NCBI RefSeq assembly: GCF_000002075.1
Contig: NW_004797275.1
Coordinates: 2,541,319-2,600,976, forward strand
Origin: Aplysia californica
Lineage: Eukaryota
Direction: 5' to 3'
DNA length: 59,658 nucleotides
Shown here piece after piece: positions 23,712-37,025 of the stretch. The translations under genes were made by a program, and so were the position numbers. Each line of letters begins with the position of its first letter. The stretch's first letter is position 1. The notes under the pieces were generated by a model. It did not search any database and was not told the origin of the DNA. It saw only the letters and a program-made list of their open reading frames with translations.

Positions 23712-24606
23712 TTACCTTCTGTGGCAGATCTAAGCGCACAGAGGTACCTCAACTGCTCAGCTCTACCCCAACAATAATGGGGACACCTAGTCTACCTGTA
23801 ATGGGTTGGACTTGCAATTTTTTTTTAATTGTAAATTTGAATCGCTTCTTAGCCAGATAGGGCATTGCAGCTTTTAGGAATGTACTTTACCTCCTATTCT
23901 TCTGTTTACCTTGCAACGAATGGGTACGTATAGCTGGTGGTAGAAATAAAATACATTAATGATAATGCTTTGTGTCGAACGAGCTGCAATTTTGTACATC
24001 AACGGAAAGAAGCCTTTTGCAGTTTTCACAAACGATTTGGTTTTTGTTTCATTAGTTACTATTTCTCAATTGATATTGTTCCTCTGTCAGTACTGTTTAT
24101 TTTTTTCTTTCCAGATTTTAAAAAGAAGTGCAATTTTTATACGCAGTCTGGCATGTGTTATACTCTTGTGTATATAATGGAGAAACAATGGATAACAGAG
24201 AGGTCAGGATAGACTGGTTTAATGAGCTGTTGTAGCTAGGTGAACACTGTTGTACGACTTTTCAGTATGTTGTTAGTGAGTTTTAGGCTTCTGGACATTA
24301 GTAATGATTCATGTTCGCATTACAATGAATTACACGTTATAAATTACAGCTATGTAACATCTCCCTTTTCAAATCTGGACCCTCTGTATAATCGGAAATG
24401 GAATGAGACTCTAGTTACTTTTCCACTTATAATTAATTTAATACTGGAATACTGAGTCCACTTGACTTAATTATTTGAACTTCCATCTCAGTGTTTGTTT
24501 TCGTAGCCACTATGTGAACTTCACAATTTCACAATATAAAACTGACTAAATCAGACTTCAACTGTTCATAGGTTTCACACCATGATTCATGTTATTGTCT
24601 AAGTAA

Positions 24607-24990
24607 GGTTTTACGGCGCTCGCAACTGCACAAGGTCATATGAGCGCCAAGGGGTGGATGTCAACAGAGAAGACCAAACTGGGAATCAGGCTTACTCTGC
24701 TCACCTCTCTAGCCTCAACAGTACAAAGTCTGCCTCGACTATCAAGGCACCCCGGAAATAATAGTTCGCAAGAGACTGACAAACATACAAAAGAAGTAGA
24801 GGGAAAATGACGATAGTAAGGATAAGGAAAGAAAAAGCAGCATTTCCCCCTATGTTGTTCCAACACAGTAGGCATATAAGCATGACATTGATAAATCAGC
24901 CCATTTACAATTCTACTGTGCATAAGAACATCTTAATATCCCCCCTTTGGGAATGGCCTCCAGACAATTTCAGTCAGTAGCACTGCCGGT
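24607..24990 (-). mobile_element. Second copy of the Nimb-tailed non-coding retroelement
   Basis: ttttacggcgctcgcaactgcacaaggtcatatgagcgcc plus a body matching 22110-22515 in inverted orientation. Confidence 0.75.
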
Positions 24991-27954
24991 AGAACTGTTG
25001 TTGTCATACAGAACTAAATATAACTTTTACACTGTTCGTAAAACTGTAGTTTTCATACAAAACTGAATTTAACTTAAACACTGTTTGTTAACTTAACACT
25101 ATGATTACACCTAAGTTGTGAATCTGAATTAAATGTCAACTGTTCCTAGATTACACACCGTGATCATTTTAGCCCACACCATTGTTAAATTTAATTGTCT
25201 CTGTATCTATGAGGTTTTTGGATCACTCGACCAGGTCTTGTGGTTTTCATAGGTTCTTGCTCTGAAGCTCGAATTTGTTGCGATGACACCAGATCTTGAA
25301 GTGCCAGCTCTTGCGGTGGGTTTGCTGGTGTAGACCTATCTCCTTGTCCCTCAAGAATGTCATTCGAAAGGGTTGGTTGTCCTCAGGTCATGGTATTTCT
25401 CTTTAGTGCACATCAAGTGTTGTCTGTTACGGCGCTGCACTCCATACTTCGTTTTGATGGTGAATGAACGAGGGGTTGCTGCTTTGGTGATCACTTGTTC
25501 TGGTTCCCATGTACAATTACACCTGTACCTAATAAAGTCACAGGGTTCATCTCTGGTAACTTGTGGGCATTCTGGTCATGCCTCTGCTTCACTTTTCTGT
25601 TACAGTTTGTCTTGCTTTTGGTTGACATAGTCGGCAGCAGGATTCTTAATTTCCTGCCCATAAACAACTCTGCAGGAGATTTCGAATTTGATTTGGGTGT
25701 TGTTCTGTAGTTCAGGGTGGCGAGATTTGTGTCTTCCCCGCTTTCCTTGGCCTTCTTGAGCAGCTTTTTTACTGTCTGAATATTCCTTTCGATAAACCCA
25801 TTGGCTCTTGGGAAATTAGGGCTTGTTGTGACCAGCTGAATGTTCCACTGTGTTGTGAAGACTCTGAAATGGCATGATGAAAATTGTGGCCAATTGCCGG
25901 AGATCAAAGTCACAGGAACGCCATGTCGCACACAGATGATTTTGAGCTGTGTGATCACATGGCTGCTGGTGGTTGTGTCTAGCTTGCAGACCTCAAAATA
26001 CTTTGAATGGTAATCGCAAACGAGGAGGTAGTCTTTGCCTTGCAATTGAAACAGCTCTGTGGCAAGCTTCATCCATGGCTGATCTGGGATGTCATGTGGT
26101 AGTAAAGGTTCGTTCTGTTGGGCATTCTTGTTGCATCGGCAAGTGCCGCAGCTGTTGACTGTTTCTGCAATCTGTTTCAGGCCAAAAGACTGCTGATTTT
26201 GCTCTGTTTTAGGATAATTCTTTTCCAAGATGTCCTTCATGTATGAGTTTCAACATTTCTTTCTGTAGACATTCTGAAAGGATCAACTGATCTCCTTTGA
26301 GCAAGATTCCATCACATTCTGTTAGTCCTCACAAATCGCCCAGAACTGTTTTATTTCTTTGGGTACTTTGTGCATCAAGTCTAGCCATTCTTCCGTCTGT
26401 GTTCTGAGTTTCTTCAGTGTCTCATCTTGCTTTTGCTTCTCCTTGATTTCTTCGAGTTGTTGAGGTGTTACGTGTAATCAGTTGACTACAGCGTCCACAA
26501 AGGCTTTCACTTCTGTGTCTGGGATTTCTGGTTCTTCTGTTGAGGAATAGCTGCTTTCTGTCTCTCTTGACGGTGTCAGACAACGCTTTTTCCTTTCCCT
26601 TCTTGTATGAGACTTCTAAGTCATACAACTGCATTCATAATAGGAATCTCTGGATCCTTGCTGTACACCTGTTCTAGGGTTTCTTCATAATGGCGACAAT
26701 TGGCTTGTGGTCTGTCCACATTTGACTTTTTCATCCATCCACGTACTGGTGAAACCGTTCCAGAGCTAAAACGATTTCCTGTGTTTCCTTCTCAATCTGA
26801 GCATATCGCTGTTCATCTGTTGTAGGGCTTCTCGATGCGTATGCAACTGGTTGATCTTCTTGCAACAGAACTGCCCCTAGGCCATCTTTGCTGGCGTCGC
26901 CTTCTATTGTAACAGATGTCGTTACGTCAAAGTGGCGTAGAGATGGACAAGACGACAGTGTGTTCTTTGGGTTTTTGGCAGCTTCGCCGTGTTTCTCTGT
27001 CTATTCCCATTCGTTGTCTTTTTCTAGCCACTCTCTTCAGGGTGCTGTTTCCTTGGACATGTTTGGGATGAACTTCATCAGATAGGTCACCATACCCAAG
27101 AGTCTCATGAGTTCTTGCTTGTTCTTGGGTGTTTGCATGTTTTTGATGGCAGACACGTTCTTCTCATCCACTGTGATGTCGTTTTCTGTGAGGTTGTGTC
27201 CCATGTACGTCATCTGTTCTTTGAGAAAGTCACATTTGTTGGTGTTGAATTTCAGCCCATATTCTATTGCTCTCTTGAAGACTGCTTCTAAGCGTTTCAT
27301 GTGCTCTTCAATTGTGCTGCTCCACACTCAGAGATCATCGTCGTAGCAGGCTACACCGTCCAGGTCACCAAAGAACTTGTCCATTGTGCTCTGGTAGACT
27401 TCAGGTTCTGAGGAGATTCCAAATGGCATTCTCAGAAACCTCCATCTTCCAAAAGGTGTTGAGAAGGTGCACAGTTTTGATGATTCTTCGCTCAGCGGGT
27501 TTTGGTAGAATCCACTTGAGGCTTCCAATTTGGAGTAGTACTTTGCCCCAAACATCTTTGTTGATACGCCCTGAACAGCTGGAATTTGGTAGTACTCTCT
27601 TTTCAAAGCTGTGTTCAGTCTCTGTGGGTCTGGGCACAATCTTACTTTTCCATTGAGCTTGTTGACAACTATAATTGGATTGACCCTGTCAGTTGGCTCC
27701 TCTTCTTTGGTGATGACACCTAGTTGTTGTTTTTTTCATTCTTCATGGTTCTGCCTCAATTTTTCCTCTTTGAGAGTATATGATCTTTTTTTGTTGCTGC
27801 TACTATAATAGGCTCAACTTTGTCATCCTCTCATGGTGCACTCTGTGTGTAGCTTGCCCGATTCTCCAAATGCATCCTTGTATTCTGTGAGCATTTCTTC
27901 TAGTCACTTTTATTTGTGTTTGATCTCGTAACTTGTAGCAGCAAACTTGAACTT

Positions 27955-28177
27955 GTGGCGTCGGTAGCCTAGTGGTTAGGCTACCGGGCTCGTAATCGTG
28001 AGATTGCGAGTTCGGGGGTTCGAGCCTCAGCTCGGTCCGACGTTGTGTCCTTGGGAAAGGCACTTTACACGAACTTCCCACTTGGCTCGGTCCTATCGGA
28101 GACGGACGTTAAACTAGGAGGTCTCGTCCCTTAAATAACCTAATAGTGTTGACAGGGGTGTTAAACCTATACCATTT
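27955..28177 (+). mobile_element. tRNA-derived SINE inserted in the 3' LTR
   Basis: Box A tagcctagtgg, box B ggttcgagcc; 13-bp TSD caaacttgaactt; absent from the other LTR. Confidence 0.92.
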
Positions 28178-31100
28178 CAAACTTGAACTTCAATCAGGAA
28201 CACAGGAGTCTCGTCTAGGGTCGAACATAAGCAAGTAATTTATTTATGATCAATATGTAAAAGGAACCATGCCTTCACAACAGGTTAGAGTATTTACATG
28301 TTACAGAGTACATGCCTTTATTAATAATTGACTCTCACACGTCTCAGTCATTCTCACATAGAATATTATTACAACACCAGCCTAGTGGTACACGTTGACT
28401 AAGATATAAAATACAAAAATGACATATTATGATAATGAAAATGTCATAAACCGACATGGAAGTGTTTCTACAAAGGGTAACATCTAAATAACCAATGTCC
28501 TGCTAAGGGAATGAAATAAGAGCAGGTCTAATTAGTTCCCTTACATAATACCTCCCCTTCAGTCTGAAGGTATCTGAAGACTAAAGTGTTCCCAGAAGCA
28601 ATCACAACCTGAGAAATGTCAAAGTTCACAATATGTCCATGTCAAGGCTGGTGACGTGCGCGTCGAGGGCGAAGTTGATCCTCATGTCGTCTCCTCATCG
28701 GGCCGTCTCGTAACACATGGACCTCATAGAGTTTGTGACCCAGAAAGGCGGTCACCACAGATGGCTTCCATCTGTCCTTACGCCCACATTTGTAGGAAAG
28801 CGCGAAGCATGGGCTGTCTTTGCTGAGACGACGAGCAGGCTCATCTCGAACTTAGAGTGTAGTCTGCCTCTGCGCTGGGATGATGACGCCGAGCTACGTA
28901 CGGATCTGATGTCCTGTCAGGAGCTCACTGGGACTTTTACCGCTGGCCAGCAGTGTGCGGCGGTAGTGTATGAGAAACCCCTGAAGGGCGTCCGCGGGAA
29001 GCAAGTCAGACTTCTTGAGAGACTGCTTAAAGGTCTGGACCAGTCTCTCGGCTTCTCCGTTCGTCTCAGGGTGGTAGGGGGCTCCGTGCAGGTGTTGACT
29101 GCCCTGCTGCACACACCAGGTCTGGAACTCGGCTGACGAGAAACAGGTGGCGTTGTCTGTCACAATGGCGTGTGGATAGCCAAAGTGAACAAAGTCCTCG
29201 TCGAGCCTCCGGGTGGTCGTCTTGGTTGTTATAGAGGACATGAGGTGGGTGCATCAATATGGACGGGGCTCCAAGGTTCGTCGAGGGTGATCTATGGGTG
29301 AGACGGCTGCTTAGGGGGCAGTCTCTGGTGCTCGTTGCAAGTTGTGCAGTGTCGAGCGGCGTCTTCGATATCGGCATCAATGCATGTCCAGTAGACAGCA
29401 GTGCGGGATAACTGCTTCATTCTCTGCATTCCGAAATGTCCCAGGTGCAGGATCTGGAGGACCTGGGATTGCATAGTCTTTGGGGTCGCCACTCTGTGGC
29501 CGTGGAAAATGCAGCCATTCGACAGAGACAAAAAGTCTCGAAGAACGTAGAAAGGTTTCATTTGGTCACCGAAGTTCTTGGGCCAGTTGCCTTGCAGGTG
29601 GTGGATCGCCTTGGTTAGAGCAGGGTTTTTGGATGTTTCTCCCTCTAAAACCTTCGGATTTGCAAGTGCGATTTGGCTGCCGATCAGTTTTATGGTGCAA
29701 ATAGTTGCTGAGTCTGCACCAGTCTCCTCCCTGTCAAAGGATGGATCCGCCCCTACTGGCAATCTACTCAGGGCGTCTGATGTCTTGCGATATTCTATGG
29801 AGTAGTCGTATTGGCTCAGAGTGAGGGCCCATCTGGCTAGTCGATTTGCTGCCAGAGCTGGAATTGGCTTCGTTGGTCCATAGAGGGCAATCAGCGGCTT
29901 GTGATCCGTCACCAGGATGAAACGTCGTCCGTAGAGAAACTGGTGAAACTTGTTGAGACCGAAAATGATAGCCAGGGCCTCCTTCTGAATTTGGCTGTAT
30001 CTTCTGTGGGTCTGCGTCAGTGTTTTTTGAGACATTGGCAATGGGTCTCTCACTGCCATCACTGTATGTATGAAACAGGACACAGCCAATTTCCATGTCT
30101 GATGCATCGCAGGATATTCCCACCTCCAACGTAGGGTTGAAGTGGGCCAGGACGGTGTCAGCACTCAGTCAGTCTTTGATATGTTGAAAAGCTGTCTGTT
30201 CAGGCGCACCTCACTGCCATTGAGTGTCTTTCTTTGTCAGACGGTACAACGGTTCCAGGATAGTCGACAGGTTTGGAAGGAATTTGCTATAGAACTGGAC
30301 TTGGCCTAAAAAAATCTCACGCTGGACACGTTGGATGGTGCTGGCATCTGCATGATGGCGTCTGTTTTTGGATCTTTTGCAATGCCGTTCTTGGAAAGGT
30401 AGTGTTCTAGGAACTCTACGTGGGGCTGAGCAAAGAAGCACTTCTCTAACTGGCAGCGTAGTCCTTTGACTTGTAGACGCTGGAACAGGCCTCGTGGGAT
30501 CTGCAGGTGTTCCGCCGTCCACTGCATTGTTGCCGCTGACAAGGATGTCCTCCATGTAGACTGCAACACCAGGCAGGTCTTGTGTTAACTGGTCCATGAT
30601 TTCTTGGAAATAACCGTGATCCCAGGTTATTCCAAACAGCAGGCGTTTCTGTAGCAGGACGCCTATGTGAGTGCTTAGGGCAAGCTTCTTCTGCGACTCT
30701 GGGCCAAAGCAGATCTGGTTGTATGCGTCAGCGAGGTCAGTCTTCGTGAAATAGTGGCCTCGACCCAGTCTCCGCATGAGATCCTCCGGTTGTGGCATCG
30801 GGTGACGATGTGTCTCCAGTTGCTGGTTCACAGTGACAGAGTAGTCACTCATACTGCTCTGACCTTGTGTAGACTTCTTATTGATAGGTACCACTGGCGT
30901 ACTATATGAGTTGAACTGGACTGACCCCCAGATACCTTTGTTGATGCCGGCTTGAATGGTACTATCCAGGTCTTCCTGTACTGCAATAGGTACTGGGCGA
31001 GGATTGTGAAAGACTGACTGGACGTCTGGCTTGAATCAAACCTCCAGCTGGAAGTCTTTGGGTGTCCCCAGCCCTTTCTTGAACGAGTCTGGGAACACCT

Positions 31101-32820
31101 GACATAGTTACTGGTTGGAGCTCTGCAGGGACATATCAGGCTTAATGTCTTGGAGGACTTTGTTGACTTTGTCGTACAGGAGCTGGTCCAGGGATAGACC
31201 TAGGCTTCTGCATGATTCTCGGTCGAGGAGGTTCAGCTGCAGACGGGTGACGACGAACTTTTGTTGTTCGCGTTTGTCGTCCTTAGCCAACGTAGTTGGG
31301 ACTGTGATGACTCCGAGGACAGGAAGGTCTTGATCAGAGGCACACCGGTACTGGCTGTTGGTCTATTTGGCCTATTGAGCAGGTGCCATGTGTTCAAAGA
31401 GATAAAATTATCTCTGGAGCCGGTGTCGACCTATAGCTGGACTGGATGCCCCGATATATAGCACTCTTAGGTTCTGGGCTTGATGCTTGAACTCTTGATC
31501 GTCTTCACAATCGTGACTCGTTGGCTTTTTTTCTTTCGGCATGCCGCCTCAATGTGGCCCTTGATGTTGCAGAAACAGCATGTGGCAGTGGCAAAACGGC
31601 AGCTGTCAGATGTAAGGGCTCCGTCACATCTGGTGCAGCGTTTCTGTTGCAGCCATTTCTTCTCGTGATGAGACTTGTGTTGAGGTGTTGTCTGCTTAGG
31701 CCAGGACGGCTTTCCTGGCGCTCGTCTCTGCGACTGCCCGACTTTGTGGACGGCCGTGTCCTGAGACGTTAATGTCTCTTTTGCGACCTTTGAAGCCTCC
31801 TCTGCCTCTGCTGCAAGTTCGATGGCGCTGGCGAAGGTCAGCTCGTCGTCTTTGATTTTAAAAAGGGCTTTACTGGTTGCCTCGTTGTGGATGGAGCAGA
31901 CAAACCGAGTCCTCATGGCTTCGTCCAGCGGGTCAGGGTCACTGATAGAGGCAGAATCGCAGGTGGCAGCTTCTTGCCTGATTCGGGCTGCCAGTTCGTT
32001 GACAGTCTCCCCTGGCTTCCTCTATGTGTTGGTCCAGAACTTGAGCTGTTCTCGTACTATGAAGCGTTTAGGGTTGTATTGATCTGTCATGTAGGCTGAG
32101 ATCTCCGTCATTGACAGACTGTTGATGTCCCTTGGTGGCGACTGTTGCTGGGCCAGATTCATCAGCAGTTTGTCGCCGACACTGGACTGGTTAGTGAGGA
32201 ATATTTCTGCGCGCTGATCGTCTGGAATAGCGTTAGCCTGTGTGAAGGTTTCGAACCTGGCACTTACATGACCAAAATTGAGTCGATAGTGCCGTAAGAC
32301 ACCTACTCAATCAATCAAAAATCAGAATCTGAACCAGTAATCCGACCAGAGCTCGATAGAGAGGTCGAATTCTCCAAACTTCGTGCTTATGACCGTCTTC
32401 TTCTACTAGACTTCGGCAAGTAACACCTCCATCTGCTGCTGCCGTTTACTCTCATCTGTTCTCGCAGCAGTTTGATCAACTCATCCTGGGACTGTGAGCG
32501 AGACATGACGACTGGTCTCTGACCGGCAGCAGCTTGTTCTGTCGCTAAAGTTATGTTTTACGGCTCACGCTTTCTCGGTGTTCTGTTCTTAGAAGAACAG
32601 GGAAAAGCACGAGACGTTGGTCGGCCTTTTGACACGTTTCACTTTTCTCGCTGTTTTGTCCTAAGATTAAGAAGGACAGGAAACCAAACCAGACGTTGAT
32701 CGGCTAAGTTTGACACGTTTCACTTTTCTCGTTGTTTTGTCCTTAGAAGGACAGGAAATTACAACAAGACGTTGACCGGACAAGGTTTCGAACTATGCAC
32801 GCTCTCCTGCTAAAGTATAA

Positions 32821-33050
32821 GTGGCGTCGGTAGCCTAGTGGTTAGGCTACCGGACTCATGATCGTGAGATTGCGAGTTCGGGGGTTCGAGCCTCTGCTCG
32901 GTCCGACGTTGTGTCCTTGAGAAAGGCACTTTACACGAACTTCCCACTTGGCTCAGTCCTATCGGAGACAGACGTTAAACTAGGAGGTCCCGCCCCGTAA
33001 ATAACCTAATAGTGTTGATAGTGCGTTAAACCTATACCATTTCACCATTG
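32821..33050 (+). mobile_element. tRNA-derived SINE, same family
   Basis: Close match to 27955-28177; TSD-like ctgctaaagtat / ctgcttaagtat. Confidence 0.9.
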
Positions 33051-33920
33051 TTTTTCTGCTTAAGTATGGAAGTGGTGGTTTGGTTTCAACAGAGGACAAC
33101 AAGGATTGAGATTGGGTTTAATGTCTGTTAGGCGCGAGAAGAACGCCCGACCGACAGTACCTTTAGGCCCCGATCATCAGAAACTTCACTTGACCGGTTG
33201 GAGGCTCTAAAAGTAAATAAATACGACCGCCAAGGACCCTTGACGTCAATAAAAGCAAGTAATGAGGATAGAAATTGAGAGCGTGCAAAAAAATTTGACC
33301 AACTACGGATGGGGAAAGTCGAGATGATAAGTGAAACGTGTGTAGACTTTAGACTATGAGCAGGTGATAAGTCTTTGTAGACTTATCGTAACTTGATCCG
33401 TATACGAACAATAATTTTTCACCAACCTGTCTTCTCGATGTTCCCCAGGCTCCTGTGTCGCTTCCCAAGGCTTAGGAAGGCTTTCTTGCTTCGTCGAAGG
33501 CTTGTTGCAGAGGCAGGCAGCTTGGCTTGTATCTGGACCAGTCAGCTGGGCTGTGCTGTGTAGAGCAGGCTTGGCTTGGCTGTGTTTGTTTCAGCAAAGG
33601 AGCCAACGGGTCTTGGTCTTGCTTGCTCGTAGATCCTATCCTCGTCGCCGATGTTAGATCTTGTAACTTGTAACAGCAAACTTGAACTTCAACCAGGAAC
33701 ACAGGAGTCTCGCCTTGGGTCGAACATAACCAAGCAATATATTTATGATCAATATAATGTAACAGGAACAATATCTACACAACAGGTTAGGGTATTTACA
33801 TGTTACACAATACATGTTTTCTTTAATAATTGACACATACGTCTCAGTCATTCTCACATAGAATATTATAACACCAGCCTAACGGTACACTTTGGCAAAG
33901 AAAATACAAACATGACATAT

Positions 33921-34480
33921 GTGTCACGACGAGGTGGAATCAGGCGCTCGTCAATTTTTGAACGTGTGGAGTTATTTGTAACGTTTTAAAGCTTGTTCAT
34001 TGGTCTTGCTTTCGGTGAAAAAAATACTCATCTATCATGAATAGTAGTCGAGATAATCTGCGATTGAATGAGATGGGGATTGATTGGTTTCAGAGGCAAA
34101 ATTAGCGAGAAAATGGCCATCAAAGTTTGATGACTTTCAAAGCTTGAGAGTCCGTAGAAACTTAAAATTTACATTTTTTAAATGTCTTTCATCAATGGCT
34201 TTCAGTGAAATGGACCCATAAATGTGTTTTTAAATTGACGAAAAAAGTGTTGACAAAGGTAACTCCGATAGAGAGAGATTTGTTGGGGGGGGGGGGGGGG
34301 GTGCCTTAAATCAACATTTTTCAGTAATATTCACACAGAAATCTTTTAACATGGAGGTTAATGGTGTTGAGTCGAAAAACAAAAATTCGATTTTTTTTAA
34401 ATTGCCAAATGGACAGAAAATTGTCAGTTTCTTCGATATCATTATTTTGACGAGCGCCTGATTTCACCACGATGTCTCAC
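33921..34480. mobile_element. GTG...CAC TIR MITE inserted in the 5' LTR
   Basis: ATAT|gtgtcacgacgaggtggaatcaggcgctcgtc ... gacgagcgcctgatttcaccacgatgtctcac|ATAT; empty site gacatatta near 28422. Confidence 0.9.
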
Positions 34481-34755
34481 ATATTAGGATAATGAAAATG
34501 GCATAAAACATTGAAATGTTTCCACAAAGGGGAACAACATACTAACCAATGTCCTGCTAAGGGAATGAAATAAGAGCAGGTCTAATTATTTCCCTTCCAA
34601 AAACGTTTGATCTCATCTAGTCTTTTCACAAGCTTCAGTTGTTCACTTGTCTGAAGACCTATTATTGTTTTTGCTCCATCCGTTGAGGTGACGATGAACT
34701 TGATCAATGTTTTCTTTTACTTGTGAGTGCACTTGAGTTTTGTCTGGTCCTCCTC

Positions 34756-37025
34756 CAGGGCCACGTTAACTAAGTGCGGGGCCCTAGGCTGTCCATGAGC
34801 CGCGGGGCCGGGGCCCCTCAATGGCGTTGATGCTACTACTACCGCATTGTAACCCCGAACCGATGGAAAGCTATACTGTAAAACGTGATTAGATGTAGGC
34901 CTACCAGTATCCACCAATAATGTGGATTAAGACGACGACAAGCACATTTATAGATCTATTTCTGTTACAAAGTATGAGGGAGCCGAAACCTATCCGTGCT
35001 TGTTTTCTTCGTGGTGGATTACTTCATTTAAACACATACACAACAGATTATAAACACTCATACCTTATATTTTTCTCCTCGCTTTTTGCTGGGCAAATGC
35101 CTCGATGATTTCCTCAAATCTAGAGATTTTGTCGTTTCAGATTCAATCGTCAAGAGAGCTAAGCCGCTTGGTTTCTCTTGTCCCATCGTTGAACGCAGTC
35201 TACTTTTCACTCGTTTCAGTAGGGAGAAGGATCTGTAACCCTCTACGTTGGCGATAGGCATGGTGAGAAAGAGCCTCAGTGCGATCTCTACATTTGGGAA
35301 AGCTGTTGTTGCACCACTTTGGCACAGATCTTGAAGGAGCCGGGGAGGAGAAAGTGTATCCTCAGACTGAAATGTTGAGTTGACATATCCTGAATACGAC
35401 ACTAGTTCGTCAGGAAATGATGGCTCTAGGTCGTCCTCATATTGCTGCCTAATGCGAGATGCTGTGTCTCGAATGCTTGTGGCAGGCTTCTTGTGAAGAT
35501 AAAAGAGAATGTCAAAATCTTGAGCCAAAGTCTTGTAGATGTCTCCTCGCTTTTCAAGTTCAGACAAAAGGCAGTCAACGATGACAAGGAAGGTGTTTAT
35601 TCTAAACTGCTCCCGATGCGACAAAACAGCTTCAAAATCTTTCGTTTTGTCGTGGAAGCGCTTGCGTTTTGCAGTGCGTTTGTATTGGTAGGAAGGCTCT
35701 TCGATGAAAGGTGTGACTGATTGTTCGATTCGCTCGAAATCGTCCCGAAGTCCTGTTAAGAAAGCAGTTAGAGAATCGTACAACATGTGTATGACTCCCA
35801 GATTGAGTGATGGTTTCTGAAGTGTTTTGTTGACAGTGTTGAAGCGTGCCAGAACTTGTTCCCAAAACACACACAGCACAGCAAATTCAAGATTTTCCAT
35901 CTTGTTGTACAAGGATGACGCCTCATCACGTGTTTGGGGAGATTCTTTCATGTCACGAGAGATGTCAAGCTGTAATGATATAATCTTTTTCTAGTTGGAT
36001 TTTAATGCTACTGTTCCTTCATGTCGGGCAGACCATCTAGGGCCATCGATACGTTTTACAAACAAGCCCCAACGATGTGTGGAGCTTGAAAGGAAGTTGT
36101 ACAATGCTTGGATGAATCCGAAAAATGATGCTGCGTCTACGCAACATTCAGCTGCACAAACACCAACCAGATTTAGAGAATGAGCCGAGCAGGGGACAAA
36201 GGAAGCCTTGGGATTCATCTCTTTGATACGGGCTTGTACACCACTGAGGCGTCCAGCCATGTTACTAGTGCTATCGTAGCTTTGACCACGGCAGTTTCGA
36301 AGCTCCAGTCCAAATTTGTCCGAAGCTGTCAAAATCTCTGACGTGAGAGACTCTGCATCGTGTGCTTCTATTGGGATGAAAGTTATAAATCTCTCTACAG
36401 GTAGACCAGCTTTGCTGACGTAACGAAGAATGAATGTCACTTGATCGGTGTGGATTATGTCTTGGGATGGAATCGACACTAATGCTGTAGTACTTTGCCT
36501 CTTTGACCTCTTCAACGATGACTGATCTTACTTTGGCGGTCTACACTTCTACAAACTCATCAACAATAGTAGATGATAAATATGACGCGTGCCCAGTCCT
36601 TCGTTGCCATGCCGCGCAATATGATCTGCTAGGAATGGATCAAACTCAGCCATTAATTCTAACAATCCAAGAAAGTTACCGTTATGTGCAGATCCAAATT
36701 GTTTGTCATAACCACGTAGAGGACGTTCTCTTTCGCACAGAAATTTCACAACAGACACCACCCTTCTCAAAACCTGACGTCAGTATTCAACCTCTATTTT
36801 CAACTGTGAGACGAAAGAGTTGTCTGACACCCTACTTTGTTTTCCAAACACATAGAAGTCATTTACAGCTTTGCGATGGGTAGGACAATCGCTCTATAAC
36901 GTTTTTCCAGTCGTTGAATGCTGAAGTGAAAGCAGTCTCACAGGTGGTGCTGAATAATTTACAACGCTGACAAAATACTTTCCCCGTTGACTCTGAATAA
37001 TAAATCTAGTCTCTTGTAGCCCTTT
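34756..37025 (-). mobile_element. hAT DNA transposon (ZMYM1-like transposase), disrupted, one end missing
   Basis: GNFLGLLEL, CRGQSYD...NMAG, VPCSAHSLNL, RWSAR, and hAT dimerisation domain (LRLFLTMP...RSFSLLKRVKSRLRSTM); CAGGGCC terminus at 34756. Confidence 0.9.

Larger units (their letters stand above)
27917..34604 (-). mobile_element. Inner Gypsy (Mag-like) LTR retrotransposon with both LTRs
   Basis: LTRs at 27917-28550 and 33652-34604; PPT cctcccc(ttc) at 28551; PBS-like tcggcgacgagg near 33640; TSD atttg / gtttg. gag has Zn knuckles (CCFCNIKGHIEAAC); RT (DLADAYNQI), RNase H (CDASD) and integrase (TDNATCF, PYHPETNGEAER) present with frameshifts. Confidence 0.92.
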
